A stretch of 64,000 nucleotides of DNA from Epiperipatus broadwayi (Eukaryota; Animalia; Onychophora). Under the pieces are notes generated by a model that saw only the letters and a program-made list of their open reading frames with translations, was not told the DNA's origin and did no database searches. The translations under genes and the position numbers were made by a program. The stretch lies in contig JAQFVV010000002.1 in assembly GCA_028023455.1 (NCBI GenBank), positions 868,001 to 932,000 on the forward strand. Direction: 5' to 3'. Shown here piece by piece: positions 25,800-38,250 of this stretch (within the stretch, counting starts at the first letter, position 1; every line of letters starts with the position of its first letter).

Positions 25800-26475
25800 T
25801 TCATTTACTGTCTTAAATAAATACTCTCACTTTCAAACACAAAATAAAGTCTTTGTGAAAAGATGGAATGAATCCAACCATCTTTTCAACCCATGTATGG
25901 ACAAATCTTAAGCATTTGCAAATGAAAGTGTGAAGATGTTAAGTGATCACTTTAAATTACTTTTACTATGTTTGAATGAATGACGCTTGTGAAATTTTTT
26001 AGAATTTACGATACATCATTCTTATTTGAAATTAAATATATGTAAATGAAATAAACTGTAATACTAATAATCAGCATTAAGCTAATGCACAAGCACTTTG
26101 TAGATTTTATAAACATAGCACTATATAAAATAAATGTTTCATTTACATATATTTAATTTCAAATAAGAATGACATATCATAAAAAAAAATTCACAAGCAT
26201 CATTCATTCAAGCATAGTAAAAGTAATTTAAAGTGATTGCTTAACATCTTCATGCTCTCATTTCCAAATGCTTAAGGTTTTCCCATACATAAATGTTTGG
26301 GTTGAAAAGATAGATGGATTCATTCTATCTTTTCACAAAGACTTATCTTGTGTTTGAAGTGGGAGTATTCATTTATTGTTAAAAATCTACAAAGCATGTG
26401 TGCATTAGCTTAATGCTGATTATTAATATTACAGTTTATAAACATAGTGCTATATAAAATAAATATTTCATTTAC
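25800..26475. repeat. Foldback repeat family, copy 1
   Basis: Inverted arms ~25810-26055 and ~26135-26390, with rearranged flanking modules (taataatcagcattaagctaatg and its complement). Confidence 0.8.
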
Positions 26476-26489
26476 TGTCTTAAAGAGAA

Positions 26490-26720
26490 ATGTTGTTTGA
26501 CCATTGGATGCTTTTTTCTTTGCAAATTGAACTTTTGGCAAATCTGGCAAGATATGGGATTCCATTTTAACTTTCAATACTGATTCAAAACTTATATTTC
26601 CAAGCAGACTCACAGAGATAGATCTTAAATTTGTAATACGGGAGATCTTTTCATGCTTTTTGATAAATGAACTACTGATGTAGGGTATAAACCATGTATG
26701 TAGTAATAACATTTTCATAA
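26490..26720 (-). pseudogene. Non-LTR RT N-terminal fragment
   Basis: NLRSISVSLLGNISFESVLKVKMESHILPDLPKVQF resembles the non-LTR motif NYRPISLL...QxGF. Confidence 0.5.
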
Positions 26721-27239
26721 AATGTATCCATGGTTGAAAGAAAATTTTCAGTAAACTGGCTCAAATAAAGATACCCAAAATGAGGAATGCCATGCATAGT
26801 AGAGTGACTTGTGTCTGTATCAAATTCAGTTTTTATATGAATCATATTTAGGAGGGGTTAAATAATTCTATACTTTGAAACTTGGTTTTTAAAATAAATA
26901 TGTATTTGTAATAGAATGTTATTATCAGTGATGATTTCATCTTGAAATTTTGAGTGAATTAGATATTTTAATTAAGGTGATCAACCCAAGGTCCACTAAA
27001 TGTACTACCTAGGTCTCATATGTTTTCAGCAATTAAATATTTCTCTTTTATTTTCATATATTCTTTCAGGAAGTCACATCTAGTTTTATATTCATCTCTC
27101 AATGTTCTTATTCTAATCCAGTCATTACTTATTGAAATGTTAATAATTCATTTGTGCAAACCATCTGCCAGGGCAAGCAGTTTTGAGAGTGGTGTATTAA
27201 ATTGAGTAATATGATCAATGATATGTGATACAATATTGA

Positions 27240-27756
27240 TAAAAACAATCCAGGCATGTATTGGATTTGATTTAATATTTCTAATTTTGAAGAGTACAAT
27301 ATATATTTCTGAGAACAAAAATACTTTAATTTGTTTTGGAAGGAGTACTCCTATTGTCCTCCCTTAAGGATTTGCATTCTACATGATTAATCAATGCTTA
27401 ATGATATTATTGATGCTAAGTGATGTCTAATGGTGGAATATTTAAGTTATATGCTAAACATGTGATGAAGCATTGGGGAATAGAAGTCAATGATGAATAC
27501 CTGACATTAGAAAAGGATACAGAATTTTTTGGCAACAACTTTTTTCCACTTATTAATGAAAAGTTAATTACATGGGACTATTTATTTACAAATTTTTTGT
27601 ATATCATAAAGATTGGAAAAGAAGAAGCCAGAATGGAATTAATTATTAGAATGATTATATTTACTTATAACTTGATCAGGAGGAATATACAATATTAAAG
27701 TTAATACTTGATACTTAATCATAATAATTAACAAATGTACATCTATAAAAAAAAAT
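27240..27756 (+). mobile_element. Possible L1/Tx1-like LINE 3' end
   Basis: The ORF at 27420-27698 resembles an ORF2 C-terminus and is followed by an A-tract at ~27747-27756. Weak. Confidence 0.3.
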
Positions 27757-28900
27757 TTTAAAGATTTAAATGGACATGATTTAGCAATAATAGCATCTTT
27801 TCTGGCTTATGCAGAAGATCTTTTTGAGACTTTAGAGAATCCATAATTATTAAGGTAGTTTGATAGGTCAATGTTTGAATTACTATATAGTTTGGTTTTT
27901 ATTAAACACAATATATGAGGCTGTACAATATTACACCACTTTGACAATTGAAAAACTTTATACACTGAATTTAAACCTCTAACATTTAAAGCGCCTATTT
28001 TTATAATCATTAACTTATTTTACTGATATTTATTATAAATGATATTTATTATCAATGTCAATCAATACACAAGATACAGACAGGATCTTATTATATGAAT
28101 AGAGAGTGCAATTAAAGCACCATGGGAGTAGAAGTATTCTACCTCCACTAAGTAAAGGACCCTTTGGTTTAAATCTCTTATCCTTATAAAAAATTGAGTC
28201 ACCACATTCTAAACTTACCTCCTTGATGGCAGTTAGACACCTCATCATTTGGATATTCAGGATCATTCACTTGAACATGCATATTTGATTTAGCTTTCTC
28301 ATTGTGATCTACACTGAATGATGTCTTAATTCTCACTAACACAAGTTCAGGTTTTTCTTCCTCTCATGCAGTGTATATCCTGGATCTCATTAGTGGTCAC
28401 ATTATTGTTATTCAAGCATATACTCAACTCTTTTGTTGTTAAACATAATTTCATTAGAAGTTCCATTAACTAGAATTGAAAATATGTTTATGGTTTCAAT
28501 CTTATATTTTTTCCTTAGGTTTTTTTGTAAGAATGTAATATGCTCATCTGATTTCATGCTCAATGGTTCATTTTGACTAAAGACTAAATGGAGTGTTGTC
28601 AGTATTAAATATTATATTTGCAACTTCATGTAATATTGTTTTCTTGCATGATTCTTGAATTTCCAATCTCAGACCTTGACATTATAATATTACCATATAA
28701 CAATGTTCACATAATTTTTTGAGACAATTACTAATAATGTGACCACATTGTTTACAATGATAAAACCTTAAACCATTAGTGTAAGCATCAAAACAGGCAA
28801 AACTCACTATACATATTGCCACACACAGCAAGTTAGAGTAATCAATGGATGCCAGAAGGCTTGTGCATAAAATCCCCATCTAGTGCCTACTCATCCAATA

Positions 28901-28942
28901 TCCCCAGACTTGTTTCTGCCTTGTGGCCTTTGTCAGTGAGAA
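28901..28942 (-). ncRNA. Hammerhead copy with a G8A mutation (probably inactive)
   Basis: ttctca-CTGACAA-aggccacaaggca-GAAA-caag-TC-tgggga. Confidence 0.7.
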
Positions 28943-29387
28943 GCCTTGGATCTGAGAGCACTGCACCTAGATCTTAGGATCTAATGCAACTCTCCAGCAA
29001 CCATCTTTTATCTCCATTTAACTACAAAACTATGAGTCTTAAACTGAAAACACCTTAATGTTTTCAATCCAAGCCCATTAGCTTATATAGTCATATGAGT
29101 CTGAACACAGTTCAGTACCCATACATTTTGGTGTCTTTGGTTCTTTAATAACCATAGCCACCACTATCCTATTAGGCAGGATTGGTTTTAAGGCAATAAA
29201 CATCACATGACCACCACCTCTTATGCTTGGGTATAACTGTTGCTAAAGCAGGCAAAACTCACTATACATATTGCCACACACAGCAAGCTAGAGTAATCAA
29301 TGGATGCCAGAAGGCTTGTGATAAAAACCCCATCTAGTACCTACTCATTCAATATCCCCAGACTAGTTCCTGTCCTTTGGCCAAGGC

Positions 29388-29429
29388 TCCTCACTGACGA
29401 AGGCCACAAGCCAGAAACTAGTCTGGGGA
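29388..29429 (+). ncRNA. Minimal type I hammerhead ribozyme, core intact
   Basis: tcctca-CTGACGA-aggccacaagcca-GAAA-ctag-TC-tgggga. Predicted cleavage after C29423. Confidence 0.85.
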
Positions 29430-32400
29430 TATTGGATGAGTAGGCACTAGATGGGGATTTTATGCACAAGCCTTCTGGCAGCCATTGATTACTCTAGCTT
29501 GCTGTGTGTGACAATACATACAGTGAGTTTTGCCTGTTTTAACAACAGTTATACACAAGCATAAGAGGTGGTGGTCATGTCATTTTATTGGCTTAGTATA
29601 AGCATTGTTTGATATTCAGTTATTTGCACTGGTATATCATTAGTATTGATATTTTTATGTAATTTTACTTTATATACATAACTGATCCCATATGTTGAAA
29701 CTGATGATATTTATTAAGTGCAATGAATAAAAATTAATTACTACACCAAGTGGTTCAATTAATCTCCTAAAATTATCTATATCTTAATTAATATAGATAT
29801 TTTTCAAGATTCCTATTATAAAATTTTCTCTGTGTTGATTAATTTTTACAAGAGCAAATTTCTCTAGCATATTTATTTTATATTTAAAATGGCATTTTGC
29901 TTCTTTATTGCAAAATTGTAATATTATTTATTCATGATTTAGAGTGATCAACTATTCTACTAATAAAATCCCACATGGTTATGTATATATTATGCATTAT
30001 ATAAAAGACCTTTCAGACAATGATATAGAGAGCAGTTAAAATCAATTATTGCAAAAACACTTAAACGATCTGCAACCCCCCCCTCCCCCACTTAAACAAG
30101 TTAAACCAGTCATTCATCATGGCTACATTAAATTTCTGTGATATTTGACTATGACTTTTTTTTATTAAATTTTTCTTATTGGCCAATGTTATTCAAATCC
30201 ATTTTAGATGTAAAAATATCAAATTTTTCAATATCATTTATTGTTGAATAATGAAACCTATGTTCTGTACTTTTGAACTATTTTATCACTTTTCCTCTCA
30301 CATTGATAGTTTTTGAATTAATTATCTTCTTTTTGTCAATTTTCTGCAAGGATGGTGATTCTTTCACTATGGTTACATAAGTTACGATTTGATTAGCAAC
30401 CTTAGCTCAGTGGATGCAGCCATTTAGATTTCAGGTGAGTGATAAAACTCTCGTTATTTTAAATAAATCCAATACTATATTTGTAAATATCATGTGCTAT
30501 ATAATATTTACACTCAATTTAATAGTAAAAATATTTGCTTCAATTAAAAAATACTAAGGAATAATTGATTCTTATAATGACAATTTGAACATGATGTGCT
30601 CAAATTTCTAAATTACTCACCTTCTAACTTTTTAAGCTGACTTTTTATACACTTCATTCTCAGTTAAACTTAATTCACTATTTATAAAATATACAGTGAA
30701 TAAAAGCAAGATAGTAACTAAATTAACAATGTTCTGTTTTTTTAAATTTATATTCATAAGTTTTCACAAAAAATATATTTACTTAATCCTTTAAATAAAA
30801 ACAGATTTTAGAATTAACTCCATAAATTAATATGTATTATAATGAAAAACATCTTTGTTTTAGACAAAAATATTTTCTTTCTTATATCAAAAATTTAAAT
30901 TTTTATAAAAATCAGAAATAAATGAAATTCAATATTTTTTTATTAAATAATGATCTTTTTATATAAAATCTCAAAAAATAATATTACTTGTTCATTATTT
31001 CCATTACTCCAGACTTTATTTGAAGTAATTATGTTCATAAATTTAGTCATTACATTTCTTTCTATTTTTATTCTTTAGCTTTATAGATATATGTAAAAAT
31101 TTACTACATTATATCTCATATGATCAAACCATCAAAATATATATTGTAATATTGTTGATAGTGGTCAACTCTGACCATGTCAAATATTACAAGCTTTTTA
31201 AATTTAAAATGTATTAATTAATAATGAAATGATAGATTTGATTTACCTTTCTTAAATGATATGATAGTTCCAAAACCTTTTAAAATAATAATGTGAATAT
31301 TAAATGTGTTATAAATAGTGGAAAAGAAGAGAGAAAAGTATAAACTCAAATAATTTTTTTTTTATTTTCTCTCTTCAGTAATTTTGATTATTTACTAGAT
31401 TTTTTTTTTTTTTGTTTAAAAAAGTACTAAGGTAAAAGATCAAGAAGGCTTAGCATATTTCCAAGGACAATTATGCCATCAATAGAAAAGCTTGCATTCC
31501 CTTTCCAAAACATGGCTTACTTTAACTAATTAATGCATTTGCAAATATGCTAATATTTTAGCTTTCAGATGGGGACTTATTCCCCATTTCTGTTACAAGC
31601 ATTATTACATTTATGACAATTATCAGTCAAAAGCATGCTAATCACTACAGTATTTTTTTATTAATAAAGCTTTGCTTTTAATAGTTTTTGTATTTGTGTA
31701 TATATATACTAATATAAATAAGTAAAATTTTAATATTAGCTTTTAAAAGATAAGAGGTATAAATAGATTTTTAAAAGAAAAGAAATTTTTTTTAACATTT
31801 TTGTTAAATTTTGTTTTAATTAAATTAGATTTATTTTTTATCTTTTCCCTTTATCTCTTTCCAAAACAATAAGTATTAATTATTAAATCATGATAATAAA
31901 AAGATTATCTTCTTTTTGGAATAAGAGAAAAACAACTGCAGAGGAATTTTTTAATTAAAAAAGGAAAATAATTAAACAATGCTTTTGTAAAAAAGTATCT
32001 GATTGTCCAGTGTGTAATTTGGTCATGTAGGAGACATGATTGGATGGATGCAGGATTGTTCAAAAATATAATATTGTGGTCAGTGTAAATCAGAAGACTT
32101 CAAGGTCTTATGAAGAACTCATCTTGACTCAAATGTTGAAGGAGACAATAATAGTTAGTTTTAATTCAGCTGTTGAAGAAAACAATCAAAGTAGTTTTAG
32201 TAGTCAGAAGTTAAGACTCATTTCATTACAAGTAAAGAGAAAAAGATTTTTTAAATGGTGTTTAAAACAATCATGTGCTAAGCTTTAGCTAGGAGCTAAG
32301 CATTGACAAATCTTAAACATGTAACCATAGAAATATGTAAAGGAAAAGAACTGAAGTAAGCCTGGTTTCTATCCAAGAGCATGTTTTATTTTTATATTTG

Positions 32401-34029
32401 TTAGCCTGTTTTGAAAATTAGCAGATTCAAAAAATGTTAAACTTTTTATATGTGATGTGCCTGCAATGGAAATTATTAGATTGAAAAAATGGTTAAATTC
32501 TTTTTGCATGTTTACACAAAAATATATGTTAATGGAAAACTTAGTAAACAAAAACTAACAAAAAAAACCTGAACATTACAACTACCAAAGAAGAACTCAA
32601 ATGAGTAATAAATCCATGGTAAAAGGTGCTTTAACATGCTTACTATATTTAAATTTATAAATGAGATTTGAATTAGGTAATAAGTGGTAATAATTAATTT
32701 TATTATTTTTTTGTTTGAATCATGTTTTTTTCTTCTTTATATTTTTTTCTTTCCAAAATTTAATTGTATAGAACTTTTTCATTTTCATAAAAAAAAAAGA
32801 ATAAAAGGGCTTAAGTTAATTTACATTTTTTATTTTTGAAATGTTCTTTTGCAATTTTAGTCAATAAAGGGAGAAATCAATTCTATTTAAAGTTAATGTT
32901 CATCAACTGAATTAGTAAGAGCCAAAAATTTAATATTACCATATAAATTTTTTGATAAAGCTATATTTAAGTTTGAATTGTCAGATCATCAATTTTTATC
33001 AATTTTCTTAATTGTTTATTAGGGACTTGTTAAATAATTGTTTAAAAAAGGAATTGGTTTTAATGTTTTTATTCCTCTAGCCATCTGTTTTAAAAATTGG
33101 CAGAATATGTGTAACTTACTTTCATAATAGAATAGTATTTTAAATGATTTTTATATTATCCCAGTAAAACAATTGAAATTAAGAGTAAATACATGTATTT
33201 TAATTGTTAACAATCACATTTCCTAGGGTCCTTGCTTCATGATCTACTTTAAAGCAATAATAGTTACATGGATGTGGAGGCTCATGTTTGTGTTTGGACA
33301 TTTAGACAGTTCTCTGCATGGTGGATAGGTATCACTTCATAGTTCATTCACTGAATTATCTGTACACAACTGATGCCATATGAGTAGTGATAATGATCAG
33401 CACGTATTAGTATGTTAACATTATCTTTTATTATGAGTGATACATTAGCACTTTTGTATGTGCAGTCTAATATTTATTGTATATCATGTCTTAATTTTGG
33501 CACTGTTTACAATGTACTTTTTTTAAGACCCAGCCACAAGGGATGACTGATGAGCTAATGACTGTTGATGAGTTAATGATTATTTATGACTAATTCTGGT
33601 GATGCAATTTCTAGCTTAAATGTATAACAGTTATTATAGCTATTTATAATTTAGTGCAGTGTTGATCTTATGCTTCTTATATATTTATTCCTTATTTATT
33701 TGTTCTATATTTCATTTATATTTGCATTTTATGAGGATGATGATGTTTTCTTATTGCCCCATGTTGTCTCTTGTTCCATATCATGACAAATGGTGATCCA
33801 ACTGTGGCGCCAATGATCATCAAATTGTGGTGGTCAGTATACAAAATGGCCATAACTTTAATCTCAAATATAATTACACATGAAAAAAAAACATTCTATT
33901 TTGAATCAGAATTAATTTTAAAATGTATTACTATAAAATATGGAACACAAGAATAAAAAATGATTAAATTATAATTTCATTATAAAATTAATGATATATA
34001 AATACCAGTATATATTTAAAAAAATAATT

Positions 34030-34560
34030 CATATATAAAGTACAATAGGAAACCAAAGTTTGATTTTTAGAGATTGCATTGAGCTTTTGACTGTTGCAGT
34101 TTGTTCAGCTATATTTTCAGTATTGGTGATGAATGGAGGGTTTTGTCCTTGGGTTGAGGATGCAATGTTTTCATACAACACCATGGAGTGTTTTATCTCA
34201 ACACTATACCAATCCACTTTTGAATTTTGATATTTCCAGTTGTTTATTATAGTAAGTTAATGTAGTTCTCTGCCATGAACCACTACCTCTAAATCTCAAA
34301 GGAAAGGAGGAAGGCATAGTTTTGAAATTTTATATTTATCAGCCTTCTAAGACTCAAAGGAGTGAGGTTTTGCAAAAATTTTGCAATATTGCTATATTGT
34401 GTTGTAGATAGTTATTGTGTCTAAATTGAGAAAGATCTGCTGATGTTTAATCTGCATTGTGTGCTTATAGTCCAATGTTTGGATTCTGTATTTATCTCAG
34501 GATTGCCAATCATTATGCATTCCTTTGCTGTCAGATACTGGTCAGATCTCTAAAAAAAGT
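34030..34560 (-). pseudogene. Possible LINE endonuclease/linker relic
   Basis: KYQNSKVDW...IAEQ...WFP loosely resembles the post-APE NFxKADW...IP segment. Heavily decayed. Confidence 0.3.
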
Positions 34561-34956
34561 GTTGAGGAAATGTTTTGTTTCATGAACTTTATTTTATGTA
34601 TGGGCATGTACTTAAAATAAAAATAAGTAATAATAAAAATAATGATAAAGAAGAAATCAGTCACACATGCATGAGCAGATTTGAATTGGAGAATAAAACA
34701 AGTGAAATAAAATAAATTAGATAAGTAAGATCAGGTATTTATACAGTCAGGTTCAAAAAAGGCAGATTAAAGATGATAATAATAATAATAATAGGCAATA
34801 GTGAAAGATTGCATGGAGAGGGAAGTGTGGTGAGGCTTATTCTATATTATTTTCAAAAAGAGAGATTTACATTTGTTTGTAATAAAAGTAACTCAATATA
34901 ATTTTTTTTTAAAATTTAAAAATGATCACATATAAACATCTATATTAAAGTTTTCA

Positions 34957-35115
34957 ATATACTCTCCCCATATACACTTCAATGCAATTTTTATATAATT
35001 CCTCTTTTATTTTTTTTACAGTTTCAACCCTCCTGTAGTCTTCATCAGAAAATAAGGGAAATAAAGGAGGAATTATATAAAAATTGCATTGAAGTGTATA
35101 TGAGGAGAATATATA
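34957..35115. repeat. Small foldback with a hammerhead-like core in the loop
   Basis: ~55-bp inverted arms (34957-35011 and 35060-35115). The minus-strand loop reads CTGATGA-A-GAC...GTT-GAAA-CTG-TA. Confidence 0.6.
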
Positions 35116-36152
35116 GATTAGTTTAATACATAAATATATGAAGAAAGTTGCAAAGAAAGTAAAAGGAGAAGAACTTTAACATATATAAAGAAATATGCTA
35201 ACAAGAGCAAAATTGAAAAAAATGGAGGAAGAACATGACCAAGAAAAAAGTTTAGCAATCAACTGAAGAAATCCAGACATTAGAGGATATTCATGCCCAA
35301 TTATTGGAAACATTTAAAGAATTGAAAGAAAGCTATCAAAACAATAAGAAGAAAATCAGACAACACATGAACCACTACTAAGAAAATTGAAAGAAAGCTA
35401 TAAACAATAAGAAGAAAATAAAAAGAGGACAAAAGAAAAAAATAAAAGGAGAGAACAATGAGAAAAAGATAAACAAATTAGGTAAAAAGCAGTAAAATCT
35501 TTAAAAAAAGTTAGCAACATTTTTTTTTTTGTTAATTTTTACAGAAAGGTGTTTGAAAGGTGAATTTAATTTTTTTTATACAAATAAGTATAGATAAGGG
35601 CATCTTATTTCCTTGAAACAAATCCATTTGTTTAAAATACTAATATATAATTTTAAATTCCCATGCAAATTTCCTCTATACATATATCTTTAACTGTTTA
35701 CTTCTTGAAACAATTGAAAGTCAAAAATTAATGTCTATAATTCCAATAAATTTTTTATGTATATATGTATCTTTATATACTTTGACATATGCCACTATGT
35801 ATATGGATATAATACATGTGTTATATGGTGAAATGTGTGACTAAATATATTTCTATTTAGTTAAATATACTTTTTATAATTTAGATAATTTTTAGTTTTA
35901 AGTTGGAATTAAAAACAAATATAAATTATAAAAGTAAATTTAAATAAATATTATTTTTATACACATATCAATACACATATACCTGTCTACACATAAACAC
36001 ATATTTACACTACATGCACAAAAAATAAATTGAATCTCTGTGTATTATTTTTTCATCACTCCTTCACTTGTTTTGAGAAATAAATAATTAAAATTTATGT
36101 GAGAGCAAAATATACATAATAGTTTAATAACATTTTATTTATATTTCAAACA

Positions 36153-36780
36153 CAGAGGCTAAATTTCCCCTACAGTACCAGTCAGTGCAACCCAGAGTAG
36201 TCAATGGATGCAAGAAGGTTTGGGCATAAAATCCCTATCTAGTGCCTACTCATTCAATATCCCCAGACTAGTTTTCAGCTTGTGGCTTTCATCAGTGAGG
36301 AGCCTAGATAGGGATTTTATGCACAAACCTTCTTGCATCCATTGATTACTCTGGCTTGCACTGATGGTGCTACTCTATGAAAAATTTAGCCTCTGTGTAA
36401 ACAGCTCGTGTAAGCATAAGAAATGATGATTGTGTGATGTTTAGTGGTTTAAAACCAATCCTGCCCAATAGGATTATAGTGACTCTGGTTATTAAAGAAC
36501 CAAAGATACCAAAAAGTATGGCTGCTGAACTGAGTTCAGATCTATACAACTATACAAGCTAATGAGCTTGAATTGAAAACATTTGTGCTTTCATTTTGAA
36601 CTCAAAGCTTTATAGTTAGTTAATAAGGTAAAAAGTGGCAGATGTAGGCACTAGATAGGAATTTTATGCAGAAATCTTCTTGTATCCATTGATTACTCTG
36701 GTTTCCTTGGTGGGAAATTTAGCCTCTGTGTAAACAGCTTGTGTAAGCATAAGAAATGGTGATCATATGATATTTAGTGG
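36153..36780. mobile_element. Retrozyme-like element, locus 3 (diverged subfamily): short arm + long inverted arm crossing the monomer junction
   Basis: Homologous to loci 1 and 2. Junction at ~36304. Repeat period of 347 in the long arm, with the ribozyme region deleted. TSD tatatttcaaaca at 36140-36152 and 36781-36793. Confidence 0.88.
36260..36301 (-). ncRNA. Hammerhead copy with a compensatory stem II change
   Basis: tcctca-CTGATGA-a-AGC-cacaa-GCT-GAAA-actag-TC-tgggga. Confidence 0.75.
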
Positions 36781-38164
36781 TATATTTCAAACAAATACAA
36801 TTATTTCCAAACGGACTTTAAACTTTTTGGTATAACAATTTTAAAATTATTCACAGAGAAATTAATGTTATTATATTGTTGTATAGGTACACTAACTGGT
36901 TCTATATATATATCTTTATTAATAAAGTTGTATGTGTGTGTACAGGCTGGTCAGTATAGGTAATGTTAGAACACACCAAAAATAATGATATGCAAAAAAG
37001 GAAAATTAGTTTACTGCAAGAAGCAACATGCTAATTTGAATATCAATAAAGTCTAAAATTAAGCAAATTAACAAATCTAAATAAATGTCTCCAAAAAATT
37101 ATAAGAGAGAAAGAGAAAACTCATGGAGAGAAAGAAAGTTTGTACAGACTGAAAGTTAATGGTGCAGAGTAAACCAACATTAGCAGCTGAAATGAGTTCC
37201 AGTCAAAATCTAATTAGTCTAATTCAAGAGGTATGTGTGAGCAATAAAGCTTACAGAACTAGGATTGTAAAAATATAAGTATCTATTATTTATCTTCTAA
37301 GATATGAACTGTTATATGATCAAGATTGATGTTGTGTTTAACTAGAAAATTGCCAGTTGATCTATTAATCTTATTCTACTAATGTCAATGTTATTCAAAG
37401 TATATAAACTTTTGAGTTTATTATTAAATTTTGATATTTGTTTCTTTAAACAACTTATATAATTATCCAGCTGCCAGATCATAATTTGTTCCTGGATATA
37501 TTATAGATTAAGATTTTTCTTAAGTTCCACAATTTAATGTAAAAAATATCAAAAATAAAATTGTCAAACAGTTTTTAAATATTTTTACTATATTATCATA
37601 GTTTTTTTATTTAGTATAAATGATTTGGGTCAAAATTAAAAGAGAGTGAGTATAGTTTTAAAAGTCGTATAATCTCAAATAGTTATATATGGGAATTCTT
37701 TCTTTGAATTAATTAGTTGTCTACTTCTTACATAACATGTGCAATATTTAGTGGTAAAAAGAAAAAGGCATCAATTTAGGTTTCTAAGCCTGAAGGATAA
37801 TTATGCTTTCTGGTTGCATTTAACAACTACGCTACACAAAAAAATAAATACTATCTTGGGACTCGTAGCCATAAGCAACATTTTCTTTGTTTATTATGTC
37901 TCGTGGCAGATGTGTTTTTTTAAATCACAAAGTAGATTGAGAGTAAATATTTAAATGCTTGAAATTAGTAGATCTGAAGTATTTAAAAAATATTTTATTT
38001 TATGAAATAATGAAAAATATTTTATTTTACAGATTTTATGCTAACAGAAAAAAACTAGAAAAATACCTCTTTTTATTCATTTGCTTTATTATAAATGTTT
38101 GATGTTATGATTAATCTTGTATCAATGAAATGTTTTTATTGTGTAACTTACTTGATTAGTGAAA

Positions 38165-38250
38165 ACTTCTCTCATTTTTTTTTTCTCATGTATCACAGCA
38201 TCAACCGGGAAGCGAACCCGCTAACCCGCGACCACCAATACTTGACTACG
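38165..38250 (-). mobile_element. tRNA-derived SINE, 5'-truncated
   Basis: Minus strand gcgggttcgcttcccggttgatgctgtgatacatgag(A)n. Same family as the copies at 61925 and 62759. Confidence 0.7.

Larger units (their letters stand above)
28789..29592. mobile_element. Retrozyme-like element, locus 2: 455-bp monomer + partial monomer + inverted arm
   Basis: ggcaaaactcac at 28796 and 29251. Inversion junction at ~29382. TSD ttagtgtaagcat (28776-28788) / ttagtataagcat (29593-29605). Confidence 0.9.
27790..29950 (-). mobile_element. L1/Tx1-like LINE 5' fragment (ORF1 zinc knuckle + start of the APE endonuclease), interrupted by retrozyme locus 2
   Basis: MIIKIGALNVRGLN...HILCLIKTK (APE N-terminus, 27807-28010). 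CKQCGHIISNC knuckle at ~28720-28760. ORF1-like sequence continues beyond 29606. Confidence 0.7.

Noticed and set aside
33540-33600. CTGATGAG match as a hammerhead
   Set aside because: There is no downstream GAAA and no stem I or III pairing.
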